Below are positions 35,956-44,246 of a stretch of 64,000 bases of DNA, in pieces. The notes under the pieces were generated by a model. The model had not been told where the DNA came from. It searched no databases and saw nothing but the letters and a program-made list of their open reading frames with translations. A program made the translations under genes and the position numbers. Within the stretch, counting starts at the first letter, position 1. Each line of letters opens with the position of its first letter. The DNA lies in the NCBI GenBank assembly GCA_023458375.1, contig JAEWZT010000002.1, forward strand, positions 264,463 through 328,462, written 5' to 3'. This DNA is from Bacillota bacterium (lineage in GTDB: Bacteria > Bacillota > Clostridia > Christensenellales > CAG-314).

Positions 35956-37005
35956 CTAATTAAGTTTACTGCCGCAGTCGGGGCAAAACTTTTGCTTATC
36001 CTTTACCGAAGCGCCGCAGTTGGGGCAGGCATTTTTTGATTTAAAAGGCAGACCGCAGTTGGCGCAAAACTTTGCCTCGGGGGCCGAGGCAAAACCGCAT
36101 TCGGTGCAAAAACGCTTTTTTTCTTGCTGCTCTTTGTCGGTGTCGGCGGCGTTGGCGATATTGGAAAACGCGGCGTTGACCGCGCCTCCCGCCTGCTGAC
36201 CCAAACCTATGCCCATAAAGGTGCCAACTGTTCCGGTGTTGCGCGCGGCGTCGCCCAAAGCATCGGCAGCTCTCTTTTGGGTGTATACGCCCATTTTGTC
36301 GGAAAGTATACCCAAAGACGCCCTTTCGTCCATAGCTTTTTCCACCGATTCGGGGAATGCTATATTTTCAATTACAAAGTTGGTTATGTCAAGCCCGATA
36401 TTGTTAAACTTTGTCCTTACGTTGCCCGCGCACATATCGCCGAACTCGTTTAAGTTGGCGTATATTTCAAGGGCGCTCACCTTGCTTTCGGCAATGGTAT
36501 CGGTAACGGTGGACACAAGCATGCTGCGCAAATAGTCGGCGATATCTTTTACGCCGAACTTGTTAACTGTTCCGAACAGCTCTTTCATAAAGGTTCTGGC
36601 CTCGTGCACCTTAAAGGAATAGGTGCCGAAAGCCCCCACGCGTATAATGCCGAAGTCTTTGTCTTTTACCACCAAAGGCCTGCTCGTGCCCCACTTTTGG
36701 TTTACAAATTGCTTTGTGCTGACAAAATAAACTTCCGCCTTAAAGCGTGATTCTTTACCTTGATAAAACAAAGCGCCAAGCCCCGAAAGTATGGGCAGGT
36801 TTTTTGTGGTCAAGGTATATTTGCCCGGTTCAAAAACGTCGGCGATTTTTCCCAAGTGGACGAATACGGCAAGCTGGCTTTCCCTTACCGTCAAAGAGGA
36901 GCCTGAAATAATTTCTTTGCCCCCGTGCGGAAACTGGTAGACAAGGGTATCGGCGGAAGGGTCTTTCCACTCAATCACCTGCCACATTTGGTCCTTAAAC
37001 GCCAT
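35956..37005 (-). CDS. SPFH/Band-7-domain protein (YdjI-like) with C-terminal double zinc ribbon
   Basis: 349 aa with an N-terminal MAFKDQMWQVIEWKDPS..LVYQFP block and an SPFH core. The tail carries CTECG..CANCG and CPNCG..CPDCG. Confidence 0.75.
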   Translation of the reverse strand: MAFKDQMWQVIEWKDPSADTLVYQFPHGGKEIISGSSLTVRESQLAVFVHLGKIADVFEPGKYTLTTKNLPILSGLGALFYQGKESRFKAEVYFVSTKQFVNQKWGTSRPLVVKDKDFGIIRVGAFGTYSFKVHEARTFMKELFGTVNKFGVKDIADYLRSMLVSTVTDTIAESKVSALEIYANLNEFGDMCAGNVRTKFNNIGLDITNFVIENIAFPESVEKAMDERASLGILSDKMGVYTQKRAADALGDAARNTGTVGTFMGIGLGQQAGGAVNAAFSNIANAADTDKEQQEKKRFCTECGFASAPEAKFCANCGLPFKSKNACPNCGASVKDKQKFCPDCGSKLN

Positions 37006-37150
37006 AGCGGTAACTCCTTTGCCATATATTTTGTATTTTTAATTATAGCATAACGGCAAAAAGGGCGCAATAGATTTGTTGGACTTGCATAGGCTTGTCC
37101 TTGCCATATTTTTTAAGTGCCCGCAATAGAATATAGCGAGGAAAAATATA

Positions 37151-37834
37151 ATGCTGTTAAGTCAACTTTTGGGTAAAAAAATTGTATGTTTAACTGATAC
37201 CGCCGACTTGGGAAACGTTGAAAGCCTGCTTTTTAACGAAAATTTGACGGCGGCAATTTATTTAAAGGCCGGCGCCCGCTTAATTCCCGTTGAGCAGATT
37301 TTTAAAATTTCCGACGCCGTTGTTATAAAAAGCTGCGGCGAAAAGGAAAATATCAAAGATATTAAGCTTGCGGGGGAAGCGCAAACTTGCGGCGATAAAA
37401 CTGTTCGGCCGGAACAGCCGCAAGTGGAACAGGCCTCGTTTTCTTTATACAAAACGCCGCTTTATTCTACGGCGGGAAAGTTTTTGGGCAGTTGCGAGGA
37501 TGTGCTTTTGACAAACGGTTTAAAGGTAAAAGGCATAATAACTGCGGAAAAAAACTATACGCCGCGCGCGGTGTTTTCTGCGGGACAAAGCGTTTTGATT
37601 AAAGCCGCTTTGCCAAAGGGCGAAAGTTTGTCTTATGCTGTAAAAACGCAAAACCACGAAATAGTTTACGGTGATTTTACCTTTTTAATAGGCAAAAAGC
37701 TGGGGTCGTCTTTACTCGACAGGCAGGGGTGCCTGCTTGCCGCAAGGGGGCAAAAGATAAGCGACCGCCTTTTAATGACGGCAAAAATCCACGGCAAACT
37801 CAAAGAGCTGGCGGTTAAGGCGAAAGAAATGTAA
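37151..37834 (+). CDS. hypothetical protein, probably two PRC-barrel-like repeats
   Basis: 227 aa. LLGKKIVCLTDTADLGNVESLLFN.. and PLYSTAGKFLGSCEDVLLTNG.. resemble YlmC/YmxH-type PRC barrels. Weak call. Confidence 0.5.
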   Translation: MLLSQLLGKKIVCLTDTADLGNVESLLFNENLTAAIYLKAGARLIPVEQIFKISDAVVIKSCGEKENIKDIKLAGEAQTCGDKTVRPEQPQVEQASFSLYKTPLYSTAGKFLGSCEDVLLTNGLKVKGIITAEKNYTPRAVFSAGQSVLIKAALPKGESLSYAVKTQNHEIVYGDFTFLIGKKLGSSLLDRQGCLLAARGQKISDRLLMTAKIHGKLKELAVKAKEM

Positions 37835-38179
37835 AATAGTGAGCAAAACTTCCTAAATAAACAAGAAATATCAGCGACATATGCCGCACATCATAATTTA
37901 TTTTTTTTATTAAAATATTTTACTCAGTTTGCAACATTTTTGAAAAATACCAAGACTGTATAATATAAAGTATTATAAAATGTGCAGAAAACCTATATCT
38001 TAACAAAAGGGAAGAATACTGTATGATAATACCGTATAATTCATAGACAAAGCCGCAGATACGCGGCAGATTTACTTTGTTTTATTAAAAGATTTTACAG
38101 CAAACCGATATTCTCTTAACGGTAAGGGAAAATTGTCTGTTTTAACGGCATGTAATATATAAAGGAGTGAAATGGAATT

Positions 38180-38670
38180 GTGAAAAAATCATTAGCAATT
38201 AAGCTGCTTTCGGCGTTACTCATAATCATACTCATTTTTTCGCTTGGTGGTTGCTGCAATGAAGATATAGACGAAGACAATTTTGCTTTAAGCGGAAAGA
38301 CCGAAATAAAAATCAGAGAAACCCTTTTAGCAAACTCTAAAAATGACAATATAACAATAAGCGATATAGTGATTAAGCACTATTTAGGCAACTACCAAGG
38401 GTAGCCTTGGCGGTAATGATTGAAGGTGATAAAAATAACCAGATTACTGTTTTAACAGGGGTTAATCTCGCAGGAGTTTTATTTCTTTTTCCTAATGAAA
38501 CAATCCGAATTTATCATAAAGGTAATATTTATCGGTTGCATGAGGCATATCAACGCAGACTTGTAAGGAAAGCTGACTTGAAAAGATTATTAGAAAGATA
38601 TATAGCTTTGTATCCCGAATTAGACCCCGATAAGAAAGACATAGCAGGATGGCTTATACAGTATTATTAA
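38180..38670 (+). pseudogene. lipoprotein gene split by a frameshift
   Basis: ORF 38180..38404 has a lipobox (LIFSLGGC) and ends ..HYLGNYQG*. ORF 38407..38670 continues (VA)LAVMIEGDKNN.. in another frame. Adding one G to the GGG run (38399-38401) joins them as ..GNYQGVALAVMIEGD... Confidence 0.5.
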
Positions 38671-38695
38671 AAATATAAAATAAGGGGGAAAACTA

Positions 38696-39263
38696 ATGAA
38701 AAAAAGTGTATTTGAAAAAATTGGCAATATCAATCCTGCCTATGGGTAGCATAAGCGCTAATGCCGCAGAAATTAACAACGTAAAAGAGTATGTCGAGCA
38801 AAAGATATTCTGCAACGCTACCATAGAAGACGATTTTTCAGACGACAGGGTGCTGATTGTGCTAAACAAGAATGAAAGCCAAAGTTTTAAGGCTTATCAA
38901 GCAAGTGATTTTTCCAATATTAACTGATCTGAAGTTAAAGATTTGACGGCGGCTACGGGAGAACTAGTAAAAAACAAGCTGCAAACGGGAAAAAGCACAA
39001 GCGAAAACTCCGCCTTTGAAATAAACACCGAAAAATTCAGAAGAATATTGTGTCTTATACTAGATGAAAAGAGTAAAGAAAATGTCCTGAAAGTTATCAA
39101 AAAACTTGAAAAAAGAGACGATATTTTATGTGCCGAACCCGACTATATAATGTCAATTTGCGAGACAACATCCGATGACCCTTATTATACAAGCGGAGAA
39201 CAATGGGCAATAAATAAAATTCCCAATGACCCATCCAAAGCTGAACCCGCCCGACGAATCTGA
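38696..39263 (+). pseudogene. N-terminal fragment (signal peptide + I9 propeptide) of a subtilisin-like S8 peptidase; catalytic domain missing
   Basis: ATG 38696 has a GGGGGA RBS but is out of frame with the signal peptide (LKKLAISILPMGSISANA) across an A7 run (38699-38705). There is an in-frame TGA at 38925-38927. The propeptide end LCAEPDYIMSI..DDPYYTSGEQWAINKI is followed by unrelated sequence and a stop where the Asp-His-Ser domain should begin. Confidence 0.65.
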
Positions 39264-39469
39264 GGAAATAATATTTGACGCGGTTGCCAAAAATGACGGT
39301 AATTTTTATATTTACGTTGACAAAATCTTTATTATAAAAACGGACGATATTATATAGAATAATTCATCAAGCGGTTAGTTTTATTTTCAAAACGATTAAA
39401 CGATTTTACAACGGCAATAAATGTAATTGTAAAATTAAAAGACGGTTATAAGCCGTCTTTTAATTTTTT

Positions 39470-39544
39470 TGGCTAGGGTAGCAGGATTTGAACCTGCGAA
39501 TGACGGAGTCAGAATCCGTTGCCTTACCGCTTGGCTATACCCCA
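39470..39544 (-). tRNA. tRNA-Gln (anticodon CUG)
   Basis: Minus strand reads TGGGGTATAGCCAAGCGGTAAGGCAACGGATTCTGACTCCGTCATTCGCAGGTTCAAATCCTGCTACCCTAGCCA. Anticodon loop is UUCUGAC, and CCA is encoded. Confidence 0.9.
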
Positions 39545-40096
39545 ATAAAAACTGCCCCCTCAAAACGGGTGGCTTAGAATAATAATAGACTAAAAGAGGC
39601 AAAAAGTCAATCGTTTAATGGGTTAAATAGACCCCTTAAAGTTTTGGGAAAGACCTTGACTAAGCCCGCCTCATTTGCTACAATTCCAAGTATTGTTTTT
39701 AAAAAAAAGCGTATGAAAAACAGAGCAAAAAATAAGAAATAGGGACAAAGATAGTTAGGTTTGCGCTCTTGGCAAAAATAGTGTAAACTGTTTTTTGGGC
39801 AGAGAAATAAAACAGGCTTGTTTGAGATTAAAAAAGAACTAAGCGCTTTAAGCGGAATAAAACGATTTTATAAATATGTAGTTGTCAAAATTAAAGTCTT
39901 TGAACTTAAAAGCGTTACAAAGTTAATTAAAAACAAGAGCATTCCTTTTTAAGAACAACCGCTTTTAAAAAAGAGGTAAGGGCGCGAATAACAAGCATAA
40001 CCGCTTATATAAAAAGCAGATGATAGTTCAAAAGCGACAAACCAAAAAAACTGTTCCTGCTAAATGCAAAGCCAAAGGAACAAAAAATAAAAAGAT

Positions 40097-40438
40097 ATGA
40101 GCAAAGATTTTTTTAAAAGAACATACGAATACCTTAAAAAAGTACCCAGTGGAAAAGTAGTAACTTACGGGCAAATTGCGCGCGCTATCGGCGCTGCGCG
40201 CTGCGCCAAGCAGGTGGGCTACGCGCTTCACTGCAACCCTTCGCCTTATGTTATCCCCTGCCATAGGGTGGTCAACAGGTTTGGGGGGCTTGCGCCCGCG
40301 TTTGCTTTCGGCGGACTGGAAATTCAGCAGAAGCTGCTTGAAGAAGAGGGCGTAGAAGTGGTTGACGGCGTTGTTGATTTGAAAAAATATCAGTTTAGTG
40401 AGACTGCGGAAGGGAAGGGCTATGAAAAAGGGGTTTGA
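40097..40438 (+). CDS. MGMT-family protein (O6-alkylguanine-DNA alkyltransferase DNA-binding domain only, active-site Cys present)
   Basis: 113 aa. VVTYGQIARAIG..IPCHRVVNRFGGL (PCHR motif). Confidence 0.75.
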   Translation: MSKDFFKRTYEYLKKVPSGKVVTYGQIARAIGAARCAKQVGYALHCNPSPYVIPCHRVVNRFGGLAPAFAFGGLEIQQKLLEEEGVEVVDGVVDLKKYQFSETAEGKGYEKGV

Positions 40439-41903
40439 CAACAATCTGTATATAAAAAGGCAGTCGGAATTTATTTTAAAACGCATTGAAAAGTTTGACA
40501 ACAAACTGTATTTGGAGTTTGGCGGAAAACTTTTTGACGACCTGCACGCCTCGCGCGTGCTTCCAGGTTTTGACGCAAACGCCAAAATCAAGCTGCTTAA
40601 AAAGCTCAAAGACAGCGCGGAAGTCATATTCTGCATCAGCAGCAAAGATATTTTGAGAAATAAAATGCGCGCCGATTTCGGCATAACATATTCCCTTGAA
40701 GCTATGCGCGTAATAGACAATCTGCGCAAAGAGGGCATTTTGGTTTCTGCAATAATAATAACCCTTTTTGAGGAAGAGCCCGCCGTAGAGCAATTTAAGC
40801 AAAAGCTGGAATTGCAGGGCGAAAAGGTATATATCCACAGGGCGACAAAGGGCTACCCCCTAGACGTCAATACCATTGTATCGGAAGAGGGTTACGGTCA
40901 AAACTCATATGTGCCTACCACACGCCCCTTAGTGGTGGTTACCGCGCCCGGTCCCGGCAGCGGCAAATTAGCCACTTGTTTGACTCAGCTTTACCACGAG
41001 CACAAAAAGGGCATTTTTGCGGGATACGCAAAATACGAAACTTTCCCCGTGTGGAATCTACCCCTTTCCCACCCCGTAAACGTTGCTTACGAGGCGGCGA
41101 CGGCGGATTTACAAGATATTAATATGATTGACTACTATCACCTGCAAGCCAACAACGAGCAGACGGTAAATTATAACCGCGACCTTGAAACTTTCCCCGT
41201 ATTAAATAACATTTTAACGCGCATAACGGGCAAGGATATTTACCGCTCCCCTACCGAAATGGGCGTAAATATGATTGCAAGCGCCATTACGGACGACGAA
41301 GTGTGCTGTTATGCGGCTAAGCAGGAAGTTTTGCGCCGCTATTACGCCGCGAGGGTATTTTACAAAGAGGGTGCCACGCAGCTTGACACTGTAAAGCGCC
41401 TTGAATTTTTGATGCGCCAGCTTGCCTTGGTTCCCTCCGACCGCCCCTGCGTCCCCCCCGCGCTTGATTACGAAAAACGCTGCGGAATGCCCACCTGCGC
41501 CATTGAGCTTGACGACGGCAGGATAGTTATGGGCAAGCAGAGCACCCTTTTGACGGCTACTTCCGCCGCCGTGTTAAACGCTTTAAAGGTATTAGCCGGC
41601 ATTAAAGACGAAATAAAACTGCTTCCGCCGCAAATTATCCAGCCTATAATCTATTTAAACAAGTCGGTATATAAGTCAAAGCGCTCTATGATGACGCTTG
41701 AACAGGTGCTGATTGCGCTCGCAATGTCGCAAACGTATAACGACGCGGCGGCGCTTGCGCTCAAATACCTGCCCTCCTTAAAGGGGGCGCAGGCGCACAC
41801 AACGAGAATACTAACAAGCGCCACCCAAACGGTTTTCAGAAAGCTGGAAATGTCGGTAACAAGCGAGGACATTTACGTCAGCAGCGACCTTTATACGGAA
41901 TAA
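40422..41903 (+). CDS. DUF1846 / UPF0371-family protein
   Basis: Start set at ATG 40422 (MKKGFDNNLYIKRQSEFILKRI..KLYLEFGGKLFDDLHASRVLPGF). Overlaps the MGMT-like gene by 17 nt. Confidence 0.8.
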   Translation: MKKGFDNNLYIKRQSEFILKRIEKFDNKLYLEFGGKLFDDLHASRVLPGFDANAKIKLLKKLKDSAEVIFCISSKDILRNKMRADFGITYSLEAMRVIDNLRKEGILVSAIIITLFEEEPAVEQFKQKLELQGEKVYIHRATKGYPLDVNTIVSEEGYGQNSYVPTTRPLVVVTAPGPGSGKLATCLTQLYHEHKKGIFAGYAKYETFPVWNLPLSHPVNVAYEAATADLQDINMIDYYHLQANNEQTVNYNRDLETFPVLNNILTRITGKDIYRSPTEMGVNMIASAITDDEVCCYAAKQEVLRRYYAARVFYKEGATQLDTVKRLEFLMRQLALVPSDRPCVPPALDYEKRCGMPTCAIELDDGRIVMGKQSTLLTATSAAVLNALKVLAGIKDEIKLLPPQIIQPIIYLNKSVYKSKRSMMTLEQVLIALAMSQTYNDAAALALKYLPSLKGAQAHTTRILTSATQTVFRKLEMSVTSEDIYVSSDLYTE

Positions 41904-42356
41904 GCCACAAAAATAAGCATACTGCTGGGATTTAATTTGTCAGACCTTAAAAGGGTAACCCGAATGAAGCGGTTCTTATTATTTTGAGATGACGTAGCCC
42001 ATTCCATTGATTTTTAAACTTATTATATCTTGTTTGCTGCTTGCCCAAATGCCCCCGCTTTATAACCTCGCTCAAATAGCTTTTGCTTTTATGCGGCGAC
42101 AATTAAACGTTTGGGTTTGCAAGGCAAGAAAACGCCGCGACTTGTGATTACAAAACTATAAATAAAGTTTTAAAAAAACAGAAAAACAGCTAAAATAAAG
42201 TTTGCGCTAGCAATTTTGTAATGCATTTTGTCTTAAAAAAACTTATTAAAAAAAGAAACGCTCTGCAATAAAAATCACGTTATAAATTCCGTAAATCTTT
42301 GCTTAATGAAACTTATGAAAGAATCAATAATAAAAATTAAATATTAAAATATAGTT

Positions 42357-42917
42357 TTGCGCGATTGTTTGAAATCGGACATTGCCGACGAAATTAGGTG
42401 GTTTAAAGAAGAAACCGCTTGGATAAAAGCCGACACCCCTTGGGAATCTGTTGTGCCCATAGACGAGCAAGAGCTAAAAAATCAAGTGCTTGACGTTATT
42501 TCTTCAACGCGCCCCGCCGACCTTCGCTCCCGATTAGAAATTGAAACGCAAGGGAAACATATCGGCTTTGTATGCTCTTATCCGCTTGATTATAATTTTG
42601 AGCCTATTCAATACGGCAAAGCAGAAGGAAACGCTAAAAAATATTGCGCTTTGGGCATAGAAATCTGCGAGCCCGCTTTTTGGGGCAAAGGCTTGGGAAG
42701 GCAGGTTCTTGCGGCGACAATAAGGTATTACCAAGACAACGGTTTCAACGATTTTTATTTGGAAACATGGTCTGGTAATACGCGCATGTTAAAGTGCGCG
42801 CAAAAGTTAGGCTTTTATATATGTAAACAAATACCGGCGTTTCGGCAGGCAAGCGGAATTGACTATGACGCCGTCATATTACTTTTGGACGGCAATAAGT
42901 TCAAGGAATATTATTAA
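42357..42917 (+). CDS. GNAT-family N-acetyltransferase
   Basis: 186 aa with motif A FWGKGLGRQVL. The TTG start given by the track is uncertain. Confidence 0.7.
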   Translation: MRDCLKSDIADEIRWFKEETAWIKADTPWESVVPIDEQELKNQVLDVISSTRPADLRSRLEIETQGKHIGFVCSYPLDYNFEPIQYGKAEGNAKKYCALGIEICEPAFWGKGLGRQVLAATIRYYQDNGFNDFYLETWSGNTRMLKCAQKLGFYICKQIPAFRQASGIDYDAVILLLDGNKFKEYY

Positions 42918-42999
42918 ATAATTAAAAAGACAGAGATTGCGCCTTTTGAAAACGCGTGTCGCAGCCTTAATAAAAATAAATATTATTAAAAGGGAACTT

Positions 43000-43485
43000 A
43001 TGACAGATTGGCAGAAACTAAACGAAATATATAAGCCTTTGCATGAAAAGGCAATTGAAATATTAAAGTCGCTTAAAGAAAAAGGATTTATGGCTAAACT
43101 GTCCTATTGCAATTTGCACGAAATTTTGGTTGAAGGACAATACAAGAAGGAATATTTTCCGTTGCCCGAAATAGAAATTGAAAATTTAACTAAAAGCGCC
43201 GATTTAGGCATAACGCTGAACGGCGGACTTTGGCTGGAAGTAACACTGCAAAAAGAACGCGCCGCCCAGCTTGATTTTTCTAATCTTTCAAAAAATTACA
43301 GCATTGAGGTTTACGGGGCAGAGGATTATCTTACCGACTTTTATCGCGCGGGCTTAGACGCAAGTTTAACGGCGGAAAAAATCGCGAAATCAAGCGAAAA
43401 AGAAATACATATTAACTTTGCAATTACCAACAGTCAGCCTAGGGATGTTGCACTAATAATAGAGAGTATAAAAGCCTTAGTATAA
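43000..43485 (+). CDS. hypothetical protein
   Basis: Start set at ATG 43000 (MTDWQKLNEIYKPL), behind an A/G-rich stretch (AAAAGGGAA). No recognisable family. Confidence 0.5.
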   Translation: MTDWQKLNEIYKPLHEKAIEILKSLKEKGFMAKLSYCNLHEILVEGQYKKEYFPLPEIEIENLTKSADLGITLNGGLWLEVTLQKERAAQLDFSNLSKNYSIEVYGAEDYLTDFYRAGLDASLTAEKIAKSSEKEIHINFAITNSQPRDVALIIESIKALV

Positions 43486-43512
43486 GGTAAATCAAAATAT
43501 AACCGCATGTTT

Positions 43513-44079
43513 TTATTTGTTTATTACTTTGCCTTGAAGATGCGAAAGGTCAAACTCGCCCCTTGAACGGCTGTCGGAAGATATAAGCCTGTTGTCGCCT
43601 ATTAAAAACACGCCTTGTTTTACGACGTATTCCCCCTCTGTCGGTATGCAGCCTAAAACTTCGTAAAAATTAAAATCTTTGGGAACTAAGGGTATCGCTA
43701 CCCCCTCGTATTCTTCGTCAATCCATTCATTTGTTCCCTTATATTTTATTTGTATGCGGTAGTTTTCTCCGTCTAGCGTTACGGCGCGCAGGCAATCTCC
43801 CTCAAAGGCTATAACCCTTTTTAGCAAATACTCGCCGCTCACGCTGTCAAGTATTACAATGACGTCGCCGCGCGCAATGTTGTCCGTCTTATGCACCCAT
43901 ACCCTTTGCCCGTTTTGATAGCTAGGCTCCATTGAAGCGCCTTGGGTAATAAAGCTTGTAAACACATAAATGCGCAAAAGAAAGGCTACAATGATAATAA
44001 CCACCGCAATAAAAACGGTAATTAATGTGCCTTTGTCTATTTTATTTGTTTGCGCGTTATCGCTGCTAGTTTTTTGCAT
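43513..44079 (-). CDS. lepB: signal peptidase I
   Basis: 188 aa with a TM anchor, GASMEPS (catalytic Ser), KRVIA (Lys) and GDNRLISSDSR. Confidence 0.85.
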   Translation of the reverse strand: MQKTSSDNAQTNKIDKGTLITVFIAVVIIIVAFLLRIYVFTSFITQGASMEPSYQNGQRVWVHKTDNIARGDVIVILDSVSGEYLLKRVIAFEGDCLRAVTLDGENYRIQIKYKGTNEWIDEEYEGVAIPLVPKDFNFYEVLGCIPTEGEYVVKQGVFLIGDNRLISSDSRSRGEFDLSHLQGKVINK

Positions 44080-44239
44080 TTTTCACCGCTTTGTTATATT
44101 CAAGAAGGCTTAGCATAATGATATGCCCGCATTTATCGCACTTTAATTTAATGTCGGCGCCCACCCTAATTACCGTAAAAAGGTCGTTTCCGCAGGGGTG
44201 AAGTTTTTTAAGTTTAACTTTTTCTCCCAAAACAGCCAT
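44066..44239 (-). CDS. DUF951-family small protein (not in the ORF track; 57 aa)
   Basis: Minus-strand ORF MAVLGEKVKLKKLHPCGNDLFTVIRVGADIKLKCDKCGHIIMLSLLEYNKAVKNAKN*. It has the HPCG..R.GADI.L.C..CG pattern of DUF951. Overlaps the lepB start by 14 nt. Confidence 0.6.
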   Translation of the reverse strand: MAVLGEKVKLKKLHPCGNDLFTVIRVGADIKLKCDKCGHIIMLSLLEYNKAVKNAKN

Positions 44240-44246
44240 TTATATT

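Noticed and set aside
38925-38927. In-frame TGA inside the subtilase-like reading frame, in a genome that encodes selB and tRNA-Sec; considered as a possible selenocysteine codon.
   Set aside because: The same gene also has a start-region frameshift and lacks its entire catalytic domain, so it is a pseudogene. The only nearby hairpin (TTAACT-gatctga-AGTTAA, 38920-38938) contains the TGA itself. It is not a GC-supported SECIS stem-loop about 11 nt downstream, and no Cys-containing homologue context is evident.
40028-40738. 236-aa minus-strand ORF.
   Set aside because: It is antisense to two well-supported plus-strand genes (MGMT-like and DUF1846). Its translation is low-complexity (S/L/F-rich), with no RBS and no recognisable motif.
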